Shown one piece after another: positions 55,530 through 64,000 of a stretch of 64,000 nucleotides of DNA (its first letter is position 1; each line of letters begins with the position of its first letter). The position numbers and the translations under genes are program-made. The notes beneath the pieces are model-generated. The model worked only from the letters and a program-made list of their open reading frames with translations, was not told where the DNA came from and made no database searches. Location: contig JANNXA010000033.1 in assembly GCA_031409275.1 (NCBI GenBank), positions 128,001 to 192,000 on the forward strand. The letters are read 5' to 3'. Source of the DNA: Planctomycetota bacterium. GTDB taxonomy: Bacteria > Planctomycetota > B15-G4 > SIAN01.

Positions 55530-57251
55530 ATGTTGCTTCGCCATGCCTTGCTGGTCGCGTGCGTCGTGACGGGTGCGTGGTCTTCGAGCAGCGGCGGATC
55601 GACCGCGCTCGGCCAGGGTGTGCCACCGGCGCCGCCGGGCGGCGGTCCCGGCACCGGCAGCTTGCAGTTCCTGCTCGCAGCCCCGACGACTCGCATCTGC
55701 GACCCCAAGCTCGAGAACGGCGGCGCGCAGGTGCAGTACTCGCTGTTGCCGAGCGCCAATCTCTACACCGTTCGCGTCACCGTGAAGGATGGCAACGGCC
55801 TGACCGTGGCCACCCTCTTCTCCGGCAAGCGACCCGGCAGCGCGACGCAGGTTCATCGCCACTTCTGGGATGGCACAACGACGGCGGGCAGCTTCGCCAA
55901 TCCCGGTGGCTACACCGTGCAGGTCGAGGCCACCGACTACCGCGGCCAGCGTCGCGTGCTCGACTACGACCTCGACCTGGTGCGCCTTGGTTTCACGACC
56001 ATCACGGCCGAGGCGACGGTTCCCAACAACGAATGGCAGACCGTCTACTTCCGCAAGAACGGCAGCTACACCTTCTATGCGACCCCGGCGACGGGCGAGT
56101 GGCTCAGCCGCGCCGAGACCGGCGATCTCTCCAACCTCGATCGCAATGACGGCACGCCGCGCCCGGCTCCGGCGATCCACACGACGACGGACGAACCGGC
56201 GCTCGAGTTCGCTTCGGGCGGCGGTGCGATCTACGAGAACGACTGGCACAACTATCCGCTGTGCTATCGCGCCGGTGCGGTGCCGCAATTCACCGTGAAG
56301 TTCGGCTCCAACTGCGTGCGCAACGACGGGACCGTGGGAGCCTGCAAGTTCCCGGTCGCCGGCTACGACCTGCGCATCGTCGGCGTCGACGGCCAGGGCG
56401 CCTGGACCACGACGGCGACGACCATCGCTCCCAACGGCACCGCGACGCTGATCGGCGGCGCCGTTTCGTCGAACGCGACGCGCGTCGATCGCACGATCGC
56501 CTGGAGCTATGAGTACCGCCCGACCGGTGCAACGACGTGGACCGAGGTGCCGGGCCGATTCGTGACCCAGCACCGCATCTACACGATCCTCGACCAGCCC
56601 TACTGGGCCACCGGCGGCACCGGCACCCAGTACAGCGGTCCGTGGGTCGAGGTGCTCGACTACCTGCACACGTGGCAGCGCGAGTTCAACCTCACGATGG
56701 ACAGCAACGACAAGGTGACGGAGGCGCTGATCAAGGGTTACTTCGGGCAGCAGGGCAGCCTGCTCACGGCGATCGAGGATGTGCACTACGACTGCCCGAG
56801 TGAGGGCGGGGATGGCGGTGCGACGCATTACGGCGGCACCGGCACGGTCCACCTCTCGAAGCTGCTGAACAGCCACGATCTCGGTCAGTTCGTCAATTGC
56901 ACTGACTGCGCCACGACGACGTCGGTGATGTTGTCGATGCTCGGCGTGCCGAACATGAAGCTGTTCCACCTCGGCTCGATGACGCTGCGCGCGATCTGGG
57001 GCATCGGCTGCGATGACTACACGCTCGATGTGTGGGGAGGCAGCCACGGCTTCAGCTACCACCACATCATCACGGACGACGCCGGCCTGACCGTCTCCGA
57101 CGCCTGCTTGTGCGTCGACGAAGATGGCACGCCGGACAAGCTGCCGGGAACCCCCGGTTACAACGTGCTGCGCGACTGGTCGAACTACGAGGCGCTGTTG
57201 GCGAAGGGGACCATCTCGACGTACACCGAGAAGCTCCCCAAGGTCGACTGA
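55530..57251 (+). CDS. Secreted protein with FlgD-like Ig domain and putative transglutaminase/papain-like C-terminal domain
   Basis: Signal peptide; VTVKDGNGLTVATL..FWDG..GGYTVQVEA; NCTDCA...FSYHH...VSDAC. Confidence 0.65.
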   Translation: MLLRHALLVACVVTGAWSSSSGGSTALGQGVPPAPPGGGPGTGSLQFLLAAPTTRICDPKLENGGAQVQYSLLPSANLYTVRVTVKDGNGLTVATLFSGKRPGSATQVHRHFWDGTTTAGSFANPGGYTVQVEATDYRGQRRVLDYDLDLVRLGFTTITAEATVPNNEWQTVYFRKNGSYTFYATPATGEWLSRAETGDLSNLDRNDGTPRPAPAIHTTTDEPALEFASGGGAIYENDWHNYPLCYRAGAVPQFTVKFGSNCVRNDGTVGACKFPVAGYDLRIVGVDGQGAWTTTATTIAPNGTATLIGGAVSSNATRVDRTIAWSYEYRPTGATTWTEVPGRFVTQHRIYTILDQPYWATGGTGTQYSGPWVEVLDYLHTWQREFNLTMDSNDKVTEALIKGYFGQQGSLLTAIEDVHYDCPSEGGDGGATHYGGTGTVHLSKLLNSHDLGQFVNCTDCATTTSVMLSMLGVPNMKLFHLGSMTLRAIWGIGCDDYTLDVWGGSHGFSYHHIITDDAGLTVSDACLCVDEDGTPDKLPGTPGYNVLRDWSNYEALLAKGTISTYTEKLPKVD

Positions 57252-57273
57252 GCGAACGAAAGAGGAGACCCCG

Positions 57274-58167
57274 ATGGATCGCAGCAAGCTCTTCGGTTCG
57301 CTCGGACGCGTGTTCGCCCTCGCCGCGCTCTTCGCCGGCTTGGGCGCCAGCGTGCTCCACGCGCAGTCCGCGCCGACGCCGTCCGACCCGACGATCGAGG
57401 CGGCGCGCGTGCGCTACCTCGCCGCCGAGTGGCCGAGCGGCGAACGGCGCCCCGGCTTCGCGCTCGAAGACCTCACGTTCGCCGGACTCGTCGGCGCCAA
57501 GGTCGAGTACGACGCCAGTGGCGTGTCGCGCAAGTTCAGCGACTCGGCGGGCGTCGCGCGCGTGCTGGTCGAGTTGGCGGTCGCCGATGAAGTCGCGACC
57601 GCCCACGCGACCCTGCTGCGACACCTCGGTTTCGTGCAGTCCACCAAGCTGCTGCCGACCGCGGCGTCGCGAGGCATCCGCGCCGGCGACCTCGGCTACA
57701 TCGGCTACGGCGGCCGCGACGGCAGCAAGATCAGCTGGCTCGCCTTCGTGGTTGGCAACCTCGAGTTCCGCGTGGTCGATCTCGATCCCGACGCGGTCGG
57801 CGCGGTCGATGTGCGGCCGATCGTCGAGTCCATCGCGGCGCGCGCGCTGGCGCTGCCAGCGCTTCCCGCCGGCGCGCCGCTGCCCCGTCCGACCATCGAG
57901 CGCTTCAGCGCCGAGCTGCAGAACGTCACGGCCGGCGAGTCGCTCGCGCTCGAGGTCGATGCCCGCGAGCCGAGCGGAGCAGCGGCCGCGGTCGACTTCG
58001 TCGTGGGCGGCTGGCAGCAAGGCCAGGGCTACGTCGAGCGCGATGAGGCGGGCCGTTGGCGCTTCCACGCGACGGGCGCCGGCAAGGTCGAGATCACGCT
58101 GAAGGCGCTCGGGCGCAACGGCACCACCTCGACTCGCACCCTCACGCTCGAGATCGCCAAGAGCTGA
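57274..58167 (+). CDS. Secreted hypothetical protein with C-terminal Ig-like domain
   Basis: AGGAGA RBS; signal peptide ending VLHA-Q; 22 nt downstream of the previous gene. Confidence 0.7.
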   Translation: MDRSKLFGSLGRVFALAALFAGLGASVLHAQSAPTPSDPTIEAARVRYLAAEWPSGERRPGFALEDLTFAGLVGAKVEYDASGVSRKFSDSAGVARVLVELAVADEVATAHATLLRHLGFVQSTKLLPTAASRGIRAGDLGYIGYGGRDGSKISWLAFVVGNLEFRVVDLDPDAVGAVDVRPIVESIAARALALPALPAGAPLPRPTIERFSAELQNVTAGESLALEVDAREPSGAAAAVDFVVGGWQQGQGYVERDEAGRWRFHATGAGKVEITLKALGRNGTTSTRTLTLEIAKS

Positions 58168-58181
58168 GGTCGCCGCTTCGC

Positions 58182-58197
58182 TTGACGACTCCTTGAC
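58182..58197 (+). promoter_or_regulatory. Two TTGAC direct repeats (11-bp period) upstream of the sensor kinase
   Basis: TTGAC at 58182 and 58193. Confidence 0.5.
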
Positions 58198-58230
58198 CAT
58201 CGCGCATGCGCCGCCGCTACGGTGCGGCGC

Positions 58231-60123
58231 ATGACCGGTACCAGCCGCCGCCTCGCGCGCCTCGTCGTCCTACTGCTTGCCGCGACCGCCGGGCTGCTGG
58301 CGGCCGGCGGCTATGGCTTGTGGCGCAGCGCGCGCGACAGCGAGGCGCTCGCTCGCGGTGCCGCTGAGCGGGCGGTCTTCAGCGCCGCGCGCGCGCTGCA
58401 GCTCCACTTCGCCGATCCCGAGGCGCTGCCGACCGACCCGCTCGATCCCGCACGATTCGAGCTCGTCGATGGCGTGCTGCGGTGGCCGGAGTCGACGCAG
58501 CCGTGGCCGCTCGACTCGCTCGATCCCGACCTCGACCTCGCCGCTCTCCTGCTGGCGCCGCTCGATGAAGCGGATGCGGCGGTGGCGCAGGGCGACGCTG
58601 CCGCGGCGACGGCGGCGTTGGATCGCGCGATCGAGCTCGCGCGACAGCAGCCGGCACGGCAGCTCGCCTACGTGCTCAATTCCGCCGCTTGGACGGCGGC
58701 GCGCGCGGGCGACGGCACGCGCCGCGACGCGCTCCTGAACGAACTGCTGGCGCTGCTGCCACCTCACCCGATCGAGGGGCCGCCGCCCTACGCCTCCGTC
58801 TTCGCCGGCGCGCTGCTCCTCGCGCTTGCGCACGCTCCCGACGCGCCGCTCCTCGCGGCGCCCGACGCGGCGCTCGCCTCGCTGCAACCGTCGGTGCGGG
58901 TCGCCCTGCTGGCGCGCGCGGTCGAGACGACGTCGCCGCATGCGCCGTTCGCGGTCGCTGCGGCGCGTGTCGAGCAACGCGAACAACTCTCCACGCGGAT
59001 CACCTCGCAGCTCGCGCGCCTATCCGAGCGGCGCGCCCCGCTCGTCGAGCCGTGCGCGGAGGGTTGGCTGCTCTACCAGCCCGATCCAGCTCGCGCCGGC
59101 CGCGGCCGCGGCGCATGGCGCTCGCTCGCGGAACTGCTGCCGTCCGCTCGCGCGAATGCGAACGGCTTCGATCTCGACGACGCGACGCTGGCGCCCGGCG
59201 GCGCGGTGCGGCTGGTCGTCGGCGAGCCGCTGCCGGCTGCCGCGATGCCGATCGCCTCGGGACTCGGCCTCTTGCCGCGGCCGTTGCCGGCGCCCGGCTT
59301 CTTCGCATCGACCGGCGCGCTCGCAACGACGCTCGTCGTGCTCGGCGGGGCGCTCGTCGCGGCGTTGTGGCTGGTGCTTCGCACCGTGCAGCGCGAGTCG
59401 GCGACGATCACGGCGCGCGGCCGTTTCCTCACTTCGGTGACGCACGAACTCAAGACGCCGCTGGCCTCGATCCGCCTGCTCTCCGAGCTGCTGGTCGAGG
59501 GGCGAGCGACGATCGAGAAGCAGGACGAGTACCACCGCTTGCTCGCCGGCGAAGCGGAGCGCCTCTCCGCCCTGATCGAGAACGTGCTCGACGTCGCGTC
59601 GCTGGAGCGCAGCGAGCGGGCGTTGGCGATCGCGCCGCAACGGGTCGACCTGCTGCTGCGCGACGTCGTGCAGCGGGTGTCGCCGTTGCTCGAACGCGAC
59701 GGGCTCACCGTCACGCTCGAACTGCCCGAAGAACCGCTCGAACTGGCGGTCGACCGCGGCGCGCTGTCGCAGATCGTCATCAACCTGCTCGACAACGCGC
59801 GCAAGTACGCGACGGCGGGCGGCTCGGTCGTCGTCACGCTCGCTCCGCCGCCGCCGGCGTCGCTCCACGGCCGCGTGGCCGTGAGGGTGCGCGACCGCGG
59901 GCCGGGAATCGCGCCGGCCGATCGGGAGTCCCTCTTCGAGCCGTTCGTGCGCGGCGCGGCGCAAGGCGATGGCGCGACCCCGGGATTGGGGCTCGGGCTC
60001 CACCTTGCGCGCACGCTGGCACGTCGCCACGGTGGCGAGCTCGCGTGCATGGCGCCGCCCGACGGCGGGCCGGGCGCCTGCTTCGAGTTGACGTTGCCGG
60101 TCGACCGCGGAGGAGGCGCGTGA
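58231..60123 (+). CDS. Sensor histidine kinase
   Basis: Two TMs; H-box VTHELKTPL; N-box NLLDNARKY; G1 DRGPGI; G2 GLGLGL. Confidence 0.93.
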   Translation: MTGTSRRLARLVVLLLAATAGLLAAGGYGLWRSARDSEALARGAAERAVFSAARALQLHFADPEALPTDPLDPARFELVDGVLRWPESTQPWPLDSLDPDLDLAALLLAPLDEADAAVAQGDAAAATAALDRAIELARQQPARQLAYVLNSAAWTAARAGDGTRRDALLNELLALLPPHPIEGPPPYASVFAGALLLALAHAPDAPLLAAPDAALASLQPSVRVALLARAVETTSPHAPFAVAAARVEQREQLSTRITSQLARLSERRAPLVEPCAEGWLLYQPDPARAGRGRGAWRSLAELLPSARANANGFDLDDATLAPGGAVRLVVGEPLPAAAMPIASGLGLLPRPLPAPGFFASTGALATTLVVLGGALVAALWLVLRTVQRESATITARGRFLTSVTHELKTPLASIRLLSELLVEGRATIEKQDEYHRLLAGEAERLSALIENVLDVASLERSERALAIAPQRVDLLLRDVVQRVSPLLERDGLTVTLELPEEPLELAVDRGALSQIVINLLDNARKYATAGGSVVVTLAPPPPASLHGRVAVRVRDRGPGIAPADRESLFEPFVRGAAQGDGATPGLGLGLHLARTLARRHGGELACMAPPDGGPGACFELTLPVDRGGGA

Positions 60124-60851
60124 TGAAACGGCTGCTGCTGGTGGAGGACGATCGCGCGCTGTCGATCGGCCTGAACGACGCCTTCACGCAGGAGGGCTTC
60201 GCGGTCACCGTCGCTCGCGATGGCGACAAGGGGCGCGAGCAGCTGCGCGGCGCGACCGCTTCGATGGCGGCGCCGCGCTTCGACGTCCTCGTGCTCGATC
60301 TGATGTTGCCGGGCCGCAGCGGGCTCGACCTCTTGCGCGAGCTGCGTGGCAGCGGATCGACCCTGCCGGTGCTGCTGCTCACCGCTCGCGGCAGCGAAGC
60401 GGACAAGGTGCTCGGGCTCGAGCTTGGCGCCGACGACTACGTGACCAAGCCGTTCAGCTTGCGCGAACTGATCGCGCGCGTGCGCGCCCTGCTGCGGCGC
60501 GAGGAGCGCCACGAGGGCGGTGAAGCGCAAGCGGGCGGCGTGGCGCCGACTCGTTTCACGGTGGGCGAGTGCGAAGTCGACCTTGCCGCGTTCGAGCTGC
60601 GCCGCGCCGGCGAGGTCCATCCGTTGTCGCGCAAGGAGGCGGCGCTGCTGGCGCTGTTGTGGGAGCGGCGCGGAACCGTGGTCACGCGCCAGCAGTTCCT
60701 CAAGCTGGCGTGGGATGGCGGCGAGCACGTCGGCGCGCGCACGATCGACACCCACATGCTGAACCTGCGCCAGAAGCTCGAGCTCGATTCCGCGGCGCCG
60801 CGCCACCTGCTGACGGTGCACGGCGTCGGCTACCGGTTGGTGGCGGAGTGA
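60123..60851 (+). CDS. OmpR/PhoB-family response regulator
   Basis: LLVEDD, LDLMLPG, GADDYVTKPF; winged-helix RTIDTHMLNLRQKLE..TVHGVGYR. Confidence 0.95.
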   Translation: MKRLLLVEDDRALSIGLNDAFTQEGFAVTVARDGDKGREQLRGATASMAAPRFDVLVLDLMLPGRSGLDLLRELRGSGSTLPVLLLTARGSEADKVLGLELGADDYVTKPFSLRELIARVRALLRREERHEGGEAQAGGVAPTRFTVGECEVDLAAFELRRAGEVHPLSRKEAALLALLWERRGTVVTRQQFLKLAWDGGEHVGARTIDTHMLNLRQKLELDSAAPRHLLTVHGVGYRLVAE

Positions 60852-60862
60852 AGGCGCGCCGC

Positions 60863-60889
60863 TTGACCAGGAGTTGACACGGGATTGAC
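60863..60889 (+). promoter_or_regulatory. Three TTGAC direct repeats (11-bp period): candidate OmpR/PhoB-family binding box
   Basis: TTGACCAGGAG TTGACACGGGA TTGAC, with repeats starting at 60863, 60874 and 60885, upstream of the HEAT protein gene. Confidence 0.7.
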
Positions 60890-60964
60890 GGCAGGCGGGC
60901 AATCGGCGGGTGACGCACGCGTCAGATGGGGTGGTCGAGGAAGTCACCCCTGGAGGATCAGGCG

Positions 60965-63835
60965 ATGAGGATGCACGGGAACTTTGCGCGCGGGCTGCTG
61001 GCATTGGCGCTGACCGCCACTGCCGCCGCCACCGCGGTGGCGGCGCAGGCGACCGCACCGAAGGCGACAGACCACCCGAAGGCGCTCTTCGAGCAGGCGC
61101 GCCTGGCGGAGGAGAGCGAGCACGATTTCGTGCGCGCGGCGCAGCTCTTCGAACGATTGGGCGGCGACGAGACGCTCGACTCGGAGCTGCGGGCGAAGTC
61201 GTGGCTGCAAGCCAGCCGCAATCTGGAGCGGCTCGGCAAGCATGACAAGGCGCGCACGGCGCTGCAGCTCGCGGCCGCGCTGGGCGGCGAAACCGGCGCG
61301 CAGGCGCAGCGGCTGCTCGACCACGGCAACCTCGACGAGCGCGTGATGCAGCGCGTCGACGCGGCGATCTCGAACCTTCGCCTCGCGATGACGAACGGCG
61401 TGCCACCGGAGTTCTCGCTCGAGAAGCCGCCGTTCCTCGACGTCTACTGGCTCGGGAAGGCGACGCTGCCGGGACTCGAAACGCTGGTCGCGACCTTCGC
61501 CGATCAGACGCCGTTGATGGCGGCCGTGATGCGGCTGATCGTGGCGATCGGCGGCGAAGAGGCGGCGGCGCAGGTGCGGCAGATCGCGGCGAGCCCGGAT
61601 GTCGTGTTGCGTCGCACGCTGCTCGAATCGGCGCAAGAGAAGAGCGACGAGGAGCCGGTGCGCAGCGCGCTGCTGCTGCTCTGCGCCGATGCCGACCCGC
61701 GGATGCGCGAGCTCGCGCTGCGCAAGCTGATGGGGCTGATGAGCGAAGGCGAGCTGCTGGCACATGCACACGACCCGGACGAGCAGACGCGCGCCCGCGT
61801 CATCGAGTTGGCGTGGAGGCTTGCCGAGCGCGATCCGGCGACCAAGCAGCGCGGCGTTTCACCGACGCTCCTCGCGGCCGTGCGCGCGTCGTTCGAGGAT
61901 CCGTCGCTCGCCGTCCGCAAGGCGGTCTGCAGCGTGCTGAAGGAGACGCTCCTGTTCCGTTCAGCGGAGGGGCGAGAACTCTGGCTCGAAGCGTTGCAGA
62001 GCCAATCGCTGAACGACCCGGAACTGCGGGAAGCGTCCTGGCGGTCGCGGGGAGTCCGTGAGAAGGATTGGAACTGGGATCGCGTGCCGGCGGCGGCGAC
62101 GCTGCTGGCGGCAGCGCGCGCCGTTTTCGCGGGCGACGCGCCGGACGGTGTCACGGCGAAGCAGGGCTTCCGGGAGTTCTTCGCGGCGTGCCTCGAAACG
62201 ACCGGGACGGGTGATCCTTGGCCGGAGGATCACGCGAGCCTCGTCACCATCGCGCAGCTCGGCGGCTTCGAAACGTTTGCGGGCTGGGTCAGAGCCCACG
62301 CACGGATCGACGATCTGCCAGGGCTGCTCGAAGCGGCAATTCAAGGCGTTGCCGGTTCGCTCGCGGTGCTCGAGCCCCTGATCACGAGCGCCCCGGAGCT
62401 GCCGGCCGACGCGCAGCGGCGGTGCGTCGACGCACTGGTGCGCCGCTTTGAAGCGCTCCTCGCGACGGGAGAAGTGAATCCAGCCCGCGTCTACTGTCTT
62501 TGGGCGCTTCTGAAGCTCGGCCTGCCGGCCGGCGACCGTGCGCTGGTTGGACTGCTCGGCCGCTCGCCGCGTGACTACGCCGTCGGTGTTCGGGAACTTC
62601 TTCGCCGCAAGTCGCCGGCCGCGTCGGACGCGGTGCTGCTCGACTTGCTGACGTTGCCGGCGCTGATCGAAGCGCCGCGTCCGGGCGAGCAGCCAGCGGA
62701 AGATCCCGCAGGGACGCGATCGCTGGTCGTGATCGAGCTGGCGGAGCGCCGGGCGGCGGAACTGCCGCAGAGGATGGCGGCGGCCTATCGAGCGGGGTTG
62801 GCCAAAGCCACGGGCGCCGATGGGTTCAATCTCGGCAACCTTGGGCCGCTCGTCTGCAACAGCACCGCCAGCGGGTACCCCCCGCAGTGGGCGCCGCGCT
62901 ACGACGTCGCCACGCTCGAGCAGGTGCTGACGGAGTGCGCCGCGGTCGGGGCGCCCGAGTTCTGGCACGACCTCCAGTACCTGCCGAGCTTCTTCGATCG
63001 CAACGCGCCGGCAACCGACGATCGGGCGCGCCTCAGTCGCGCCTTCGGCAAGGTTCTGGTCGGGATCGCGACGACGCAGAACTGGGATCTGATCGAGCGC
63101 CGCGTGAGTCTCTACGTCGGCGGGGAATGCCCTGGTTGGGAGGAGTTCGTCGTTGCCGGGATCGAACTCGAGCCGCTCGCCGATTCGATCGTCGAGAACC
63201 TGCCCGCGATGCCCGCCGCGCTGCTGCCGAAGGTGCTGGCGCGTGCGAGCCGACTGAGCCAGCAGGCGCAGTCTAGGCTGCCGTATGCGCTGCTCGCTTC
63301 CGAGGACCCGGCGGTGCGAATGCAGGTTGTCGCGCTGCTGCACCACGAGGCTGCCACGCTGCGGGGAAGGGCGGTGTATTTCATGGTCGCGAGCTATCCA
63401 ACGCAGCTGCTCGATGCGGCGCCGGCGTTGGTGCGGGACCCGGATTCGGAAGTCCGGCTGAACCTGGCCATGGCGCTCGGCCGAATCTTCGATCGCGCCG
63501 CGATTCCGCTGCTGGTCGAGCTGCTGCGCGACGGCGACGCGAAGACGCGCGAGGCGGCGCGGGCGTCACTCGATGCGCTGCAGTACTACTTCGAGAGCGC
63601 GCAGAAGTGGGAGCGGTTGAAGGCCGGCACGAGCCTCGACGCGACGAGCGCCGCCGAGGCGCTGGTGAAGCAGGCGCGCAGCGGCGCGACGATCGAGCTG
63701 CGCAAGGCCGCCATCGAGTCGCTCGGCACGCTCAAGGTCCCCGAGACGCTCCCCTTCCTGCTCGAGTTGATGGCCGACCCCGACCCGACGCTGGCCGCGG
63801 CCGCGAAGGCGGCCATCACGAAGATCAACGGCTGA
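60965..63835 (+). CDS. Secreted TPR/HEAT-repeat alpha-solenoid protein
   Basis: GGAGG RBS; signal peptide; HEAT-like repeats (DPDSEVRLNLAMALG, DGDAKTREAA, LRKAAIESLG). Confidence 0.8.
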   Translation: MRMHGNFARGLLALALTATAAATAVAAQATAPKATDHPKALFEQARLAEESEHDFVRAAQLFERLGGDETLDSELRAKSWLQASRNLERLGKHDKARTALQLAAALGGETGAQAQRLLDHGNLDERVMQRVDAAISNLRLAMTNGVPPEFSLEKPPFLDVYWLGKATLPGLETLVATFADQTPLMAAVMRLIVAIGGEEAAAQVRQIAASPDVVLRRTLLESAQEKSDEEPVRSALLLLCADADPRMRELALRKLMGLMSEGELLAHAHDPDEQTRARVIELAWRLAERDPATKQRGVSPTLLAAVRASFEDPSLAVRKAVCSVLKETLLFRSAEGRELWLEALQSQSLNDPELREASWRSRGVREKDWNWDRVPAAATLLAAARAVFAGDAPDGVTAKQGFREFFAACLETTGTGDPWPEDHASLVTIAQLGGFETFAGWVRAHARIDDLPGLLEAAIQGVAGSLAVLEPLITSAPELPADAQRRCVDALVRRFEALLATGEVNPARVYCLWALLKLGLPAGDRALVGLLGRSPRDYAVGVRELLRRKSPAASDAVLLDLLTLPALIEAPRPGEQPAEDPAGTRSLVVIELAERRAAELPQRMAAAYRAGLAKATGADGFNLGNLGPLVCNSTASGYPPQWAPRYDVATLEQVLTECAAVGAPEFWHDLQYLPSFFDRNAPATDDRARLSRAFGKVLVGIATTQNWDLIERRVSLYVGGECPGWEEFVVAGIELEPLADSIVENLPAMPAALLPKVLARASRLSQQAQSRLPYALLASEDPAVRMQVVALLHHEAATLRGRAVYFMVASYPTQLLDAAPALVRDPDSEVRLNLAMALGRIFDRAAIPLLVELLRDGDAKTREAARASLDALQYYFESAQKWERLKAGTSLDATSAAEALVKQARSGATIELRKAAIESLGTLKVPETLPFLLELMADPDPTLAAAAKAAITKING

Positions 63836-63912
63836 CCGGCTGGTTAACCTGCGCCGCCCGCGCGGAGCAAGAACGCTCCACGTGGGCGGCTGGCGCAGGA
63901 GCTCGCTTCGTG

Positions 63913-64000
63913 ATGGACGAACCGGTCGACAAGACCACGGCGCATGCTCCTTCGGTGCCGCCGCCACGCCGCAGCCGTTCTCGCCGCTTCGTCTATGCGA
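63913..64000 (+). CDS. Possible 5' fragment of the next gene
   Basis: CAGGAG RBS, then ATG GAC GAA... (MDEPVDKTTAHAPSVPPPRRSRSRRFVYA), open to the window end. Confidence 0.35.
   Translation, partial: MDEPVDKTTAHAPSVPPPRRSRSRRFVYA

Noticed and set aside
63832..63850. Possible third TTGAC-box site after the HEAT gene (CTGAC..TTAAC)
   Set aside because: Both half-sites are degenerate and the period is 12, not 11.

Overview
A high-GC (roughly 70% by eye), densely coding chromosomal window, most likely from a Planctomycetota/PVC bacterium. Evidence for this assignment: a DUF1592/DUF1552 pair, a PVC-type CxxCH dehydrogenase, a PVC-type ccs cluster, and many FG-GAP and HEAT proteins. About 40 genes are supported; I found no rRNA, tRNA, CRISPR array or intact transposase. 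The main feature is a five-gene minus-strand operon at 5073-12333 that could form an envelope-spanning electron conduit. It encodes a 4-His cytochrome-b-like membrane protein, a 23-heme cytochrome c, a 16-heme lipoprotein cytochrome c, an outer-membrane beta-barrel, and a membrane-anchored ferredoxin-flavoprotein whose thioredoxin-reductase-like fold appears circularly permuted. A System II cytochrome c maturation cluster lies about 5 kb away. Other notable items are an ECF sigma/anti-sigma/secreted CHAT-protease module facing a divergent metallopeptidase, a decayed ABC-ATPase + TOPRIM-like defence-type pair, 11-bp-period TTGAC boxes around a two-component system, a long structured leader on an RRM gene, an AT-rich palindrome, and a secreted FlgD-Ig/transglutaminase-like pair. 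All family assignments come from motif recognition by eye; no database searches were run, and several start codons are best guesses.
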